The position numbers were made by a program, and so were the translations under genes. The notes under the pieces were generated by a model. That model did no database searches, was not told where the DNA came from, and worked only from the letters and a program-made list of their open reading frames with translations. Of a stretch of DNA of 62,889 nt, positions 1-13,710 are shown piece by piece (the first letter of the stretch is position 1; each line of letters begins with the position of its first letter). Origin of the DNA: Lama guanicoe (lineage: Eukaryota); the NCBI GenBank assembly GCA_013239625.1, contig MU053783.1, positions 1 through 62,889 on the forward strand, written 5' to 3'.

Positions 1-2519
1 GCTGAGTGGCCTTGGAAGGATTATAATAGGGGCTTAAATTTTCTCAGCTTGCAGAAGAACTTCATTGGTCTTGCCTTGCTTTCTCTTGCCCTTGCACCCT
101 TATGCTGCTCACAAAAGAACCCACAGTTTCCTGATCATACCGTTTCACCAGACTCTTTGGTCCCAACCAAATGCTGGCCTCAGCCAATTTCAACAAAAGT
201 AGAACATACATTCATAGTATCCCTGCTTCTTACCCTTTTCCATCTGGCAGGTCTTAGAAAATAACCACCTGCCTCCACTGGGAATATGAGTGTTCAGGGA
301 AGATTGCTGGGTCCCCATAGTAATTATCCTAACCTCTGCACAAAATTGAGTCTGTGGCAGTTAGTCCTTCCTTGAACAATACATCAAAGTGAGCAGCTTT
401 GTCAGTGTCCTGTTCAACTCACCCTTCTCACACCCACAATGCCTCTCCCCTGAAGATCCTCAATATGAAAAAGCCCAGCTTTGAATCTAGCCATCCTATA
501 CTGGCAGTAGAGAAGAACTTGTTCCACATGTGTGAATTGGAATGACTTGTGAAGGTTGAGTTCAACAAGCATACAGTTTATAATGGGCCTACTAGGCATC
601 AGGTTTACCGGTTACACAGATGAATAGGTAGTGACTGGTCTTGATGAGCAGGAAAACTCAAGAAAGAGCCATACCCATAGTTACTGTACATACACTGCAG
701 TAAATAGAGGTGAGAGTCTACGCAGTGTGTCATGGAGTGTGTTATATCCTTAGCTTTTGGATGCTTTCAGTAAGTTTTGTGGAAACACACAAGTTGGGTC
801 ATGAAAACTAAGTAAAAGCTAGCTGAATAAGGAAAGTTGGAATGAATTTTTTCAATTGAGGCAATAGCATTGACTATAAATTGGGCAAAAACTACAATCA
901 GGCTGTTATTCATGAAGTCTATGCAGAATGACTGGGAACTTAGCTCATTGCATCTTGGAGGGAGTTTATGCTAATGTTAAAGCATTTGAACTTTATTCTC
1001 CAAGTTATAAGAGGGCCCTTGAAGCATTTTAAGCTGAGAAGTAATCTACCTTCACAAATTCTGCGTATTTTTACATATGTCTTGAAATTGTTGTTTGGGT
1101 AAACCTCTGCTTCTAATTTGCTATTTACATTTGCACATCAAGAGATTTTCTATAGAAAAGCACATGCAAATTATACAATACCACTGCTATAAATGCAACT
1201 GCTCTGGAAACATTTTGCAAAAACTGCTGTGGAATATTTTAAAGCATATACGTTTATTTTGAAATCCAGATTCCTGAATGCTAACCTCTTTCTGAATGTT
1301 TGCAGTGACCCTGTTCTTGGCAAACACATAGCTTACTTACTAAGGCTTGCATTTTACTGACACTGGCTTAACAAAGCACTTAAGGCTTTCATTTACATTT
1401 CTCACTACAACGCCATTAGAATTATGCAGATCTGTTCTGTCACTGACATTGCTCTACCTAATTATTTTTATTTTATTTTGCATATTCATTTGAGCATTTG
1501 ATCCATTTTCTTCAGCCTATTCTCTGACATTGAAGTGTTTGGCAGTCCCTTCACACATTTTTGATATTTCTTCCCTGACTAGATTCTAAAATATAGCAGT
1601 TGGCTATCTTTGATAGAGTGGTTTGGAAGTTTTTTATCCTCTGCCTTTGTAGGTTGAAGTGATGGCATCTCAATATCTTCTCAGGTGTGTTAACAGGAAG
1701 AGGATTATAAAAGTCTAGTTCTTCCTCCCCAGTTCATTTCACTGTTTTGTTTTTTTTTTAATCCCTGCCAGCCCCTTTCCCATGTCCTTTTGAATAGTGT
1801 AAAAAGAAGACTGAGCTAAATTCTTTCCTCCATTCCATCTCCACACACATTCTGCAGTTTGTCCCCATGCCACTTAGGGTAATCCCATCCGAGGAAAGAG
1901 CTATTTTGACTGACCTCCAACACTGAAAGAATGGCAAGCCACAAATATTTCACTCTTGTAAGCCACAGCTTCAGAACAAGATCTGAATAATATAATAATA
2001 ATGATGATGATAATGAAAATAACAGTAACACCTACCAGAGATTGAGCAGATGGTTATGACTTGCATAAACGATCTCTTAATTTTTGCAACAGTCTTACAA
2101 AGTTGTCATTAAGGCTATATCAAATATGCAGAAGGGTAAGCTATGTTTATTCACATTAAATAATGTTTCCCACATCAGAAAACTAGTAAGTAGAAGTGCT
2201 AGTATTCATCCCCAGTCTCTCTGACTTTAAAGCCTGTTTGGTTAGCCCCAACCTAGGTCTGCTCTGCAATCCATACCTTCAGATGTTCATTGATTCTTTC
2301 AGCGGGTAGCAGATAGCCTACCACTCGGGGAGTTAGAAACTGCAAAGGATGCAAAGAAAGTAACACCTGCGTTCTGCTCTCAGGAGTCATACAGTTCAGC
2401 AAATAAGCACCATACAAGACAGAAAAAGAAGCACTAAGTCAGCAAATGTAGAATATCTGTTGCCAGAGGTCCAAGGAAGAGATTCCCCAGCTGGGTGCCT
2501 AGAAGGGCTCTTAGCTTTG

Positions 2520-3800
2520 CTGCTTCATTAATACTCAGAGAAATCTGAACTGAAACTACAAGTAAATGTCCCTACACATCAATCAGATTGGCAAAGATTT
2601 TAAAGTCAACTACTATGATGTGTCAAAGATGTGGTGTAAAATGAGTTTTGCAGAATCAATTTTCCATAATATAGAAAAGTTGAAGAGGCATATACCTTAG
2701 GATGCAACAGTTCTTCTCCTAGGATATCCCAGAGATACTCTTGCAAAACTCTATTAAGAGAAACATACAAGTATGTTCACAGGAGTGTTAGGTGGTTAGA
2801 GAAGTGGGCTCACCAGGCAGACAAGTGGAGGAAAGGGAGGATGGTCTGGAAGATGGCAGTATGCCCACCTTCAGCATGAGGGGCTTTACTTCCTCTAACT
2901 GAGTGCTAGCAAAATACTGGTTAGAACCCAATAGTCATGACAGCACAGTAGCAACAGGGACCTAACTGGACATGGCCCAATGCTCATTGTAATAAAATTA
3001 GCATTGTAGTTTAGCTCCCTCCTCGCCAAACATGGCGTTTTCTGTGTGTATCATAGGTAAGGCCATGCACAAATGGGGGTTTTTATGACTAAGTGCTCAA
3101 GGGGCAAGAGCCATAAATCAATCAGGAGACCACCTCAAAGCAAGGGTATAAGAGAAAGGGACAAAGACCATTGCTACCCTCCCTAGGATCAGCCCTCCTT
3201 CGACTCCTGGAGCTGTACTTTCACTTTGCTAATAAAATCTTTAAAATCTTTCACTAGACAATACTTTCATCTCCTGTCTGACTTCTTCTCTTTTGAGGAA
3301 GACAAGAACTGAGGCTTTTGCCTTTCCCCTTTTGGGATAACAGAAGTATTATTTGCAATAAGCCAAAAATTGGACAACATAAATATCCACCAGGAACAGA
3401 CTTGATAAAGACAAAAAAAGTGTGATACATTTCTGCAATGGATTTAACTTTAGTAATTAAAATGAATGCACCCTAACTAGTGCCTTGTCATCAGTGCATT
3501 TCACAAACAATAGTAAATGAAAGAAGCAGATCACAAAGTAACCCAGGTAAAATCAAGCTATTTTCTTAAGGATGCATGCATACGTGGTAAAACTGGTTCT
3601 CATAAATGTCAAGCAATTGAAGATCTCTATTACAAAGGCAGAATGAAGTGCACAGAAACTTTGTGTACAACGGATGGTATACAATCTCTTAAGATAGGTG
3701 GTAGATGCACAAGTGATTTCCAATTAGTTTTTATGCTTCATAATTGTCTTTTAAATTATCTTCATGTGACAAATGTCAATCTATGTGCAAAGGATTTTTC
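2520..3800 (+). mobile_element. Old L1 (L1M-type) 3' fragment, interrupted by a solo LTR
   Basis: Degenerate L1 3'-region motifs (cagattggcaaagattt, gtatgttcacag / gtattatttgcaataagccaaaaattggacaac) continue on both sides of the LTR at 2786-3342. Boundaries are approximate. Confidence 0.6.
2786..3342 (+). mobile_element. Solo LTR (ERV1-like)
   Basis: TGTTA...TAACA termini, TATA-like tataag near 3147, AATAAA near 3231, and near-duplicated 4-bp flanks (ggag/gaag). Confidence 0.75.
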
Positions 3801-6800
3801 AAATACACCCAATTTTTTTTTTAAAGACAGCTAAGAGTTTGTAGTGGGACTACAATTTATGTAAGCACCAGAAGACAAGAATTTGGCATTACAGAGAAGG
3901 GTAAAAAGGTGCCCTAGCCAAAAGTTCTGTGCAACTACTGCTACTACTAATTTAGGTTGTGGTTGTTATAAAATATGGGATGAATAATCAGAATCATTGT
4001 GGAAATGAAGCCCCTGAATAATTAATATGGGTGTGAATGGGACTTAGTGGAGAGGTAACATAGGCCAGAACATAACCCGATGTGAATAATAGTTCCAGGA
4101 GATGATTGTGGGCAGGCTGAGGAAGAAACTAAAATCAACAACATCAAATGTTTTTGCAATAATATCTGCCCAGTGGAAGAAGTTCTAAGAATGTGCCTGT
4201 TATAAAGTAACATCCATTTTACAAAGAGAGCAGTGGGCGATGTGGTAGACGTGAGTCCATTTGAGGATCGTAGCCTTGAAAATGTGTTAACAATCTCAAA
4301 GCATATGTCATGTCAATATTTAGTAAATGAAAGCAGAGGTGGTTATGTAGCATCATGAGAACAAATGAGGTCAATATTATGATACAGAGAGTATAGGCCT
4401 TCTGAGAAAATAATACCCAATAAAGCCAAAAAAAGGAGAACAAAGGGTGTTTTCAGACATTTAAAGTTAAAATATAGAAATGGTGGGAAGTAGAAGTAGC
4501 AGGGACCAAAACTCATGAAGTTCCCATGGCTGCAAAGAAACAACGCCAGCAGCAGCCTGGAGCTCATGAATCTTAAATGTTTCCAAGGGTCAGGGAAAGA
4601 GCACTGGTAGGAAGTATAATTAAAAAGGATATAGGTACTCAGAATCACATTTTGTGAATGAGTAGCTCAGATATGCCTCCTGAAGTCAGCCTTCAAGATG
4701 TGACTCAGACCACCAGACTGGGACTCCTGATGGCCAACTGCTTTGGGTGAGGCAAAGGGAACTGCTGGCTGTCCTCTGGCCAAGAGATGGCCTCACATGA
4801 CGTTAAAAGCCTTGGTCTTCATCCTTACTGCTCAGCATCCTTTCAGTTTTGGTATCATATTAGCCCTTTCTCAGTGTGATGTCATGAACCGTGAGTGGTA
4901 GGGCATGGAGCACACAGTGATTTCTCCTGTCTGTCCCTGAGTGTGGTGGAATTTAGGCTTTCATTTTGAAAGTAGTATCATTTCATTTCAAAGGCACACA
5001 AACCTGAATTAACACACAGGTGTGGATTTTAAAATCTCATGAAATAAGTGAAGTCATTGTATTCAGTGAGTTCTCAATGTTTTCATGAAGCATATTAACA
5101 AAAATTATGTTTCAAAATCATCACACAGAGCTATTACTCTATGTTACACTGCAGTATCACTGGATCTGAAGGAAAACTCCTAATAAAATTATGTTATGTT
5201 AATATTATCAATAATGACATAATTACTGTGACAGTCATGACAATATGAGGGAATTCATTCTAAAATGTCACTACACGGTCGAACAAGTTGATTGTAAATA
5301 AAAAGCCATCATTTGTAGCCTATGAGCAGTTCTCTGCTTAATTTTTCTTACTGCAATTTGCAGTAAAAATGACAATAGTGAGACTCATATTTTACTTGAC
5401 AAGAGGAAAGCTGAACTTTCTCTATTATCTGTCACTGAATCTACCTATTTGCTTAGCATCTGCTATTTAAGTGGAGAGTTGCACTAAGTGGTGATCAAAA
5501 CTTACCACTTATTTGTTCATCTTTTTGCCTCCAAATGGTATCCAGAAGCCTAGTAAGACATTGTGTCCTCTATTTATGCAGGCTCAAGCAGAACACCATC
5601 TCTCCTTTGATGGACATCTGGCTACACAATGACTGAACCAAAGCTTTGTCATGACTGCTATTCTATACTTAGTCAACCTCAGTGCTGAGAGTGTCCCAGT
5701 CATATCCTTAAATAAATCATTATTGCCTCCTTTTTAAATATATGAGCCACTTAAAAAATAAGCAAATTTGGGAGAATGGTAATAATGAATCCTATTCATT
5801 CAGTGTGTACCTATCACCCAGCATAAACAATTAGCAGCATGTATCTGACCTCCCTCCTCTGTAATCCTCTCCACCCTGTTCTCTCACTTAACAGCTGCAA
5901 CAAACCTGTGGGCTAGAGTCCATCATTACCTCAGTTTTACAAAGTAATTGATGCTTTCAAAGGTTAAATAATTTGGTGGAGGTCACACCTAGTGAGTGTT
6001 AGACTGGGGATCAAAGACAGTTTTTGTCTGTTCCAGAGTCTTTCCTCTGGTCTGCTTTTTATTGAGTTCCATGAAAATTAGTGGTATCCAGAGCCTTATG
6101 AATTGCCATATTAGTCACAGCACTGTCATAAAATAGATAGTGTACTTAAATTGGGTGATTTGAGGAAAGGTTAATAAAGTGACTATTTTCAAAGGACTAA
6201 TGAAGTTCCAGGAGTTAGTAAAATCAGGATGCAGTGCCACTAACTCTAGGCCCAGACAGGAAGGAGAGTGAGTGGTTACAAGAACCCAGGTTCACAAATG
6301 GCTGTGTTTTCAGTCACTTGATAGGAGCCCCTTCATTCAGTTAAGGGACATGGTCACTGTGGATGAGTCCAGAGAGAGTGGCCCAGGCTATCTCACACTC
6401 CCTTCCTTTATTTCCTTACTTATGAAGTGGAAACACAATCAATCAACAGAGGTCAAGGGAGCCCACTGATAGAGCCCACACACATCAGCCTCACAGGGCA
6501 CAGGGCACAGAGTTCAAAGGGCCAAAGAAGATGCCCAGCCCAATTGTTTATCTATAGTCAGGGAAGATGTGGTGGGTTAATGTAACCATCTCCTTACCAG
6601 AAATTTAGGAATCTTGGTAAAGAAAAAAATGATGGTTATCCTTCATTTAAAAAAAAACTGTATTATTTATTACATTGATAAAGTGGACAAAATTTTCAAT
6701 AATTTCTACTAATCATTAAATCAAAATCCAAGTCAGCTAGTGACACATGACACTTGACACTTCAAGCAGCAGTAAGTACCTACAGAGTATACAACACATT

Positions 6801-8149
6801 ATGCATCCTTAGTAAATGTTTGTTGAATACATGTTAATATAGAATAGTCCAGCTGGATTTGAAAGACCATGCTCACGACATCAGGAAGGAATGGAAACAG
6901 AATGCAATAGCCCCGTTCCTTTTGGATTCCATCAGTGAGCCCTTGGCAGACGTTTATTACAGGGGCTTCATCCCAGCTGCCTTTCAGAATTCCTGGGGGG
7001 GATGTAAACACATGAAGATGTTTAAATCCACCCAGCCACACCCACTCAGTCAGAATCAACAGACAGAGGGCGTGGTATCTATACTTATTAAAGCCCGAGA
7101 GGGGATTATCAAGCTTAACTAGAGTGAAGAAGCCCTGATTTTGCCTTGAACCTCTTGATAATGAACACATGATTATCTAAGGGTCTGAATATAGTGAGAA
7201 AGAGGAACTCCCAGATGACTTTTCCGGATTGTCATCTCTCTGAAGGTAGAGCCCTGTGCCTCTTTCGTTCACTTATATATTCCGAATACCTAGAACAGTG
7301 CCCGCAATGGATATCCGATAATACTCCATAGAGTGAATGCAATGGTTTAATTCCAACATGAGCTAACGCATACAAGTAACTTAGCACAATCACCACCAAA
7401 TTATGGCTTAATGACAATTTAATCCCTTATTCTTCTAATTAATTGATTACACATCAATCTGTCATTACTAATAAATCATTCACACTCTCCCTTTTGGCAT
7501 TTCTTAGTCCAGTGACATATCCAAACACGAGGCAGGGAGAGAGGAATGAAGAATCGTGTAACTACCACTGATTCTCACAGCTGTCTGTCATTTGTATAGT
7601 CCTTTACAGTCAGTGGAATGGATACTGCTTGTCCATCTCCAGGTAATGTGCTTGCTGGTCCAAGTTTGTGCACTATGCACAAAAATTCCTCTTTATCTGT
7701 TTCCTATATTGCATATTCTTAAGCCTGTCAAAGCTTTACTTATACCTGCACAGCCAGGTCATAAGGAGCATCAATGCTTCACTTAAAAGAGCCCTTCCTC
7801 ATGAAAGGCTGGCACTCTGTGTGGCTCCTATGGCACCAGCTCAGATGCTTCTTTCCCATCTTTTTACCACTTGCTTAGTAATTTCTTCAGAAAAGTTCAT
7901 TTAGATCCCTGTTTCCTCTCATCTCTCCCCTCCTACAAAGAGCTGTCTTTCATATGATCCAGAGGCAAAAATAATTTGAAATATCTGCTGTTGGCTATTA
8001 CCTAACAGTTTAAGTCTCTAACATACGCTGGAAAGTATTATTTAGTGAATGCTGACTACACATCAGATGTTAGGCACCCTAAGGTAGTGTTTATAAAAAC
8101 GTGTATTGTCTGTCACTATTTTGAAAGGCTTAAGCTTGTGCTCAGATTC

Positions 8150-8465
8150 CCTGATCCACACACTGTATGGTTCTATTTGTATGATCGGTCCAGAAGAAGC
8201 AAATCGATAAAGACGGAAGATAGATTAGTGGTTGCCAGAGGAGATGAGGACACTGGCTGGAGAGGGAGGGGGTTGGTGGGTAGGGGGATGGTAGGTGATG
8301 GCTAATTGTTGTGGGGTTTCTTTTTGGGATAATGAAAATGCTCTAGCATCTAATTGTGGTGATGGGTGCACATCTTGTAAATATGCTAAAAGCTGGTGAA
8401 TTTAAATCAGCTAATTGTATGGTATGTGAATTATATCTCAAAAATGATGTTATATAAATAGAAAG
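8150..8465 (+). mobile_element. Old L1 (L1MB/ME-like) 3' end fragment
   Basis: Typical L1 3'UTR motifs: agattagtggttgccagag, ggggtttcttttgggataatgaaaatg, gtatgtgaattatatctc. Confidence 0.65.
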
Positions 8466-10139
8466 AATTCCCTAATAAGCTTGGAGGCACTCATACTAAA
8501 ACACGTTGCCATAATAAAAGTTCTGAGAAACCCAACAGTGAAATATAAACAACCATGGTTAAATTTACCTGCACATGGCCCGACTTCTTGTTTATTTTTC
8601 TTTACTATAGTCACTAAAATACTTGACATTTCCCACCTAGCATTTTCCTAAACACCAGTTTGGGAAGTACTAGACGTATTTGACAGGAACACATTTAATT
8701 TTTACAACAGTTCTTCATAAAAGAAGTTATTCCTATCTTAACAGGAAAAGTAACAGAAACTCAGAGAGGTTAATCAATTTGCCCAAAACATCAGAGAGTA
8801 TCAAATGAAGATAAGATGTGACCCCAGGTTCCCACACACATCTATGTGATGGAATGCGAAGCAGACATTAAAAATATGATGCAATGCTATGTTTTAGTGT
8901 GGAAAGAGATCTACAATAAAGCTTAGGGAGGCAGTAGGCAATCATATTGCTTATATATTATATATTTTTCAAAAAGTATATATTTAGATGTGTAAATGTC
9001 TATGGGTATTTGTGTGTGTGTATGAATATGTACTAACGAGGTGGTGGTGTTACAGACTATTTTCAATTTAGGAGTATATTCTAATTTTTCAACAAAATGC
9101 ATGCATTAATTGTAAACAAAGAATGAGACTAAACAATCCTCTCCTCCTACCTCCCACCCCCATCTTCTATTTCCTATAAGGACAAAAAGCATCTTGAAAA
9201 TGTTTTACGTGTTAGAGATGCAGCTAGGAATCCAGAATGTTATTTTTCAGGAATATGAGAATTTTAAGGTCTCCATCTTATATCTCAGATTGACCCTGAT
9301 TTTGATACTTTTGTTTTTAACTAAAATTCTGCTTCCTCCTCCACAGAGATAATGAAACATAGAATCTTTATTTTCTTCTAATAGTTGATAAGTTGCAGCA
9401 ATATAAAAAGCACAAAGAAAATCAGAGTCAGAGAGACCATAAGTGAGAAGCAAGTCAAGCCTTTTCATTTTAGAGATGAGGACGATAGAAGTCCAGAGAG
9501 GTTAAATAATTTGTCCAATCTCACACAGCTTGCTGGGAGAATGAAAGCTAATCTTCACATCTCTCAGTTCCCAGCCCAGCCCTTTCTCCTAAGTAACATT
9601 ACTGCCCAAGAAAACTTGATTTGCCGCAGAGTCCCACACTAAGTAAAGGCATTCACACTTCCTCTTTACGTGGGCAAAACCTTGTCAGATGGTACCCAGC
9701 AGGGACCTCAAGACTAAGGCTTCCAGAGTGGCAGGAATGGATGCTTTTAGTTGTCCCTCTATCCCAGTAAACAACAGAACAAGTGTTTTCAATATTGGTT
9801 TTGTGGTGGAACATTCCAATAGCGTCGCATTGTGCCTGCCAAGGAGAGATTTTTGGACCCCTGTTCCAATCCTGGACACTGGGTGATGTGATTTAGAGCT
9901 GGGTTGCAAAACCTCCCTCCTATAATTTGTTGCCTCCTTAAGATTTTCCTTCATATAATTATGTGATTGGTTTTGTTCTTCATCAGAGAAATGCAGGGAG
10001 CTCAGGAAAGCTGAAAACTATAATGCCTGTGAGTTAAGGGATTTTACTTTTTGCATTATAGCCATCAAGTTTTGATTCAAGATCCAGAACCACTGAATAG
10101 CTAGATAGATAGATGACAGATACATAGAATGCAGCTTGA

Positions 10140-10625
10140 CTTTTTGGAACTGATCTGACAGTCACAGATGGCTAAGCCTCAGTCTTATTACAAACTGACC
10201 TGATGTTTATAAAAAAAAAACTCATATCAGTTCCCTATCAGGCATAATCTCACAAAACACCTACTTCAAACAAGGTCATTGTGCAACACAAAATATCAAA
10301 CATTTCCCTCATTAAATGAGTTACTACTGCTTAAGTTTAATTTCTGCTTTTTTATTCCATCCTTATAGATAAGATTTATTAAAAATTTCCAATCATAGAA
10401 TTGCCTTTCCTTTCCAATAACTCAATTTATATCTAACCTCTACTTCCTGAGGCTCTCCTCAAAATTATTCAACCAAAGCCCAAATCCTTTCACAGAGCTT
10501 TCTAATATCCTCTCATTGAGATACCCCACATTTCTCCATGGTATGTATATACTCTCTCAGTGCCGTGAATAAAAACACAACTTCTTCAACTTCAGGTGTT
10601 CCTGTGGGCTTGGCTGAAGAGCACA
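10140..10625 (+). mobile_element. Degenerate solo LTR (MER34-like, ERV1)
   Basis: LTR-like R/U5 region (gagataccccac...aataaaaacacaac...ggcttggctgaag). The family name is from memory only. Confidence 0.5.
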
Positions 10626-10659
10626 GATTTTGCGTATACTGTCTCTCTACGTAGATGTA

Positions 10660-10859
10660 TAATTGACTCTTGAACAATGCAGGTTTGAGCTGCACAAGTC
10701 TACTCACAGGTGGGTTGCTTTCAATAAATATGTGCTACAGTACTGCGTGATCCAAGGTTGATTGGATCTGCAGATGCAGAACCACGGATACAGGGAGAGG
10801 ATATTCAGCTGCACTGAGGGTCGATGCCCCGAGCTCCTGCATTGTTCAAGGGTCAACTG
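10660..10859. mobile_element. Tigger2-type MITE (TcMar DNA transposon)
   Basis: Terminal inverted repeats taattgactcttgaacaatgcagg ... cctgcattgttcaagggtcaactg. TA on the left flank, TG on the right. Confidence 0.8.
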
Positions 10860-10883
10860 TGTATGTTTCCATATATAAAGATT

Positions 10884-10884
<1 letters not shown>

Positions 10885-10982
<98 letters not shown>

Positions 10983-10990
10983 CAGACAGA
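10885..10990. repeat. (AGAT)n tetranucleotide microsatellite
   Basis: Directly visible imperfect AGAT/AGAC array. Confidence 0.95.
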
Positions 10991-11199
10991 TTGATATAAA
11001 GGTAGACAGATTTATTTTTGTTACAGAGATTTGACCTTGCACAATCATGAAAAGCTGGTTTAATAGTCTCTGTAACGTGGTTCTCAGCCCACCTGTTGCT
11101 GGATCTTGAAGGGCACAGGACAGGCAGTTGGGAAAGAAAGGGGAATACAAAGTGGGTGACAGCAAGAACAAACTGGATCTTTGGGGACAGCGATACAAA

Positions 11200-12388
11200 C
11201 TCATGCTTAGCTTAATATAGATACAGATGGTCTCCTACAGAAATATGCATATATGTATCTCTATCCACTGGTTAGTACACACACAAATATCCTCTGGCCC
11301 ATCAGCTGTGAGAGCCAAGAAGCAAACATTCCTCAGTAGCAAAGAGGACACCTAGTGTCCAGATCTTGGTTTGTAATGCCACTTTCTAGCACAAGGAACC
11401 AAAAGTCCTTGGAGAAGCGATTTGTTCTAGGACTGGGGCAGAAATATACAGTATGAGCCTGGGGCTTCTTTTCACTCTAGAAAAACAAGAAAGTGCTCCA
11501 GAAATCACTCTGATGGGGATATGTCAGCGACACCTTAGCCACTGAAAGAACTCCTAACAGCCAACTCTGGCAACAAAATCAAGTGGTATTGAATTATAAC
11601 ACAAAGAATGAAGTAAATATGTATGAGTCCATACTAATACAAGTTAAATGAACAAAAAACATGGGGAAGAACAGGTAAATCTCTCATGCAGAAGGATTCT
11701 TAATAATGGATGTAACTATTTTGAATTTTAGGAGGTAGACTTAGCTCTCACTCCCAAGTGTGAGCTGAGCATGGTGGCTGCCTTTCAAAGCATCCAGTAT
11801 AGATGGCAGAGGAAAAAAAAAAGTACTTTCACAGTGATTAAGCCTGCCAAATATGACCTCAACCCAGATAATAAAAGCTAACAGCTGTGATGTCATATTA
11901 ATAGTGTATATACTTGAAATTATGTGATGAGAATGCTAATTTACCTCGATGTTCTTCCTCCCCCAAACCCATGGCTCTAGAATAATTATGGAAAAGAAAA
12001 ATTAGAAAACCCCAAGAGAAGAAACAGTCTACAAAATGCTTGACCAGTACTCCCCAAAACTGTCACAGTTACCAAAAACAAGAAAAAATGAGGAACTGTT
12101 CTAACCCAGAGGAGCCTGAGGAGTTATTATTACTAAGTGTATTGATTATGGTATTCTGGATGGGGCCAGGAAGCAAAAAGAGAATGTTAGGGGAAAAAAG
12201 TGAGGAAATCTGAATAAAGTATGGAATTCAATTAATATAATGTATCCATATTAGTTTATTAGCTCTATCGAATATACTGTACTAATGTAAGATGTTAACA
12301 CGAGGGAAAATTGGGTGTGTGGTATATAGAAATCCTATCTTCACAATGATTTTGTAAATCTGAAACTGTCCTAAAATTAGAAATGTAT
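11200..12388 (+). mobile_element. Old L1 (L1MC-like) 3' region
   Basis: Motifs such as tgaccagtactccccaaaactgtc, gaggaaatctgaataaagtatgga and tgtaaatctgaaactgtcctaaaa, followed by an A-rich tail. Confidence 0.65.
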
Positions 12389-12390
12389 GA

Positions 12391-12446
<56 letters not shown>

Positions 12447-12490
12447 GAAAAAAAGAAAGGAAGAAAGGAAGGAAGGAAGGAAGAAAGAAA
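12389..12490. repeat. (GAAA)n/(GAAG)n microsatellite
   Basis: Directly visible; lies at the tail of the preceding L1 fragment. Confidence 0.95.
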
Positions 12491-13578
12491 GGCATGAGGT
12501 AGAACTCACAGCCTGAGCTGTGGCCCACGAAGACGAACTGGGATTTGTGTCAGTTCTTCTTACCATTGACCTTGATGGTATGTGTGTCCAGGCCATGTGT
12601 GCTCAGGTCTTCACCGTGGAGCTACACGCACATTCAGGGGTCGGAGAGGCTGGGGGCAGATCTGAGGAAGGCGGGGCAGTGGCAGGCCCTTCTGCCACTG
12701 TGTTATTGAGGTGAGCCTGTAGGAAAGTGACAACAGAGGTGAGCTACCATATGGTCGCTGCTCCACTCCTGCCCCGCAGACCTCGTACAAGAATCTCCCC
12801 TGCAAGTGGTCTGCCCTAAACAAGAGCATACATGGAAGGAAATTCTGGAAAGCATAACCAGGTTAACACACTTCAGATCTACAATACAGAAGATCATTAC
12901 ATCCTGACACTAGTTCAGTGGGGGCAGAGATGTCACAGTGCAAACTAAATATAACCCCAAGGAAGGCAGAGCTGACATAATGCACATGAAAGTATTTATT
13001 ATAAATGTTCATCAGTTCTTTGGAAAAGATTTTGATAGAAAGAAGGCAGCCAGAGACAGTGTGAATTTAAGGGCCCCTGAGAGTGTGGGGGAAGAAGGAA
13101 CAGAACGAGAAAGCAGACCTGAGAGAAGACAGTCTTCCGCCAGCAGCCAGGGCCCTGCACTATTCCACAGACAAACAGAATTCTCCTCTCATGGATGAAA
13201 CTGTTTACTTTAACCTAATAAATATTGATATTCTTATTTGTTAAGGCTCTCACTCAAGTGTGACCATTATGTTTTAAGAGTTAACATAAAATTTAATGAT
13301 AATTTGGCTCTTTTCCAAAAGCAACTCACAAGTAGGAATTCATCTATTTGATTCAATCAAAGCAAGTATTAAATTTTAATTCTGCATCTTGACCTAAAAT
13401 ACATAAAAGGTGTCCTGAAGTTGCCTCCTTGCAGTTTTCTTCATCACTGAGAACTTAGGAGCTTACTGAGTCTTTTAAGTTGTGAATTTGTCAGATTTGG
13501 ACTGGTCTCTGTACAATTTTTGAGAAGAGGAATCATACACAGCTTTTTGGTGCTTTTGTGTGTGTGTGTGTGTGTGTG

Positions 13579-13710
13579 GAGAGAAAGGTAATTAGGTTTA
13601 CTTACTTATTTATTTAAAAATTTTTGTTTATAAATAGAGGTGCTGGGGATTGAACCCAAGACCTCTTGCATGCTAAGCACGCACTCTACTGCTGAGCTGT
13701 ACCCTCCCAC
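13579..13710 (-). mobile_element. tRNA-derived SINE, camelid Vic-1 type
   Basis: The reverse complement reads gggagggtacagctcagcagtagagtgcgtgcttagcatgcaagaggtcttgggttcaatcccc (A and B boxes). An adjacent (TG)n tract lies at 13557-13578. Confidence 0.85.

Noticed and set aside
10704..12596. Long ORFs with (LSIY)n or (SFFL)n
   Set aside because: Translations of the AGAT and GAAA microsatellites.
13630..13710. tRNA gene
   Set aside because: The A/B boxes belong to a tRNA-derived SINE with a second copy at 17061-17188.
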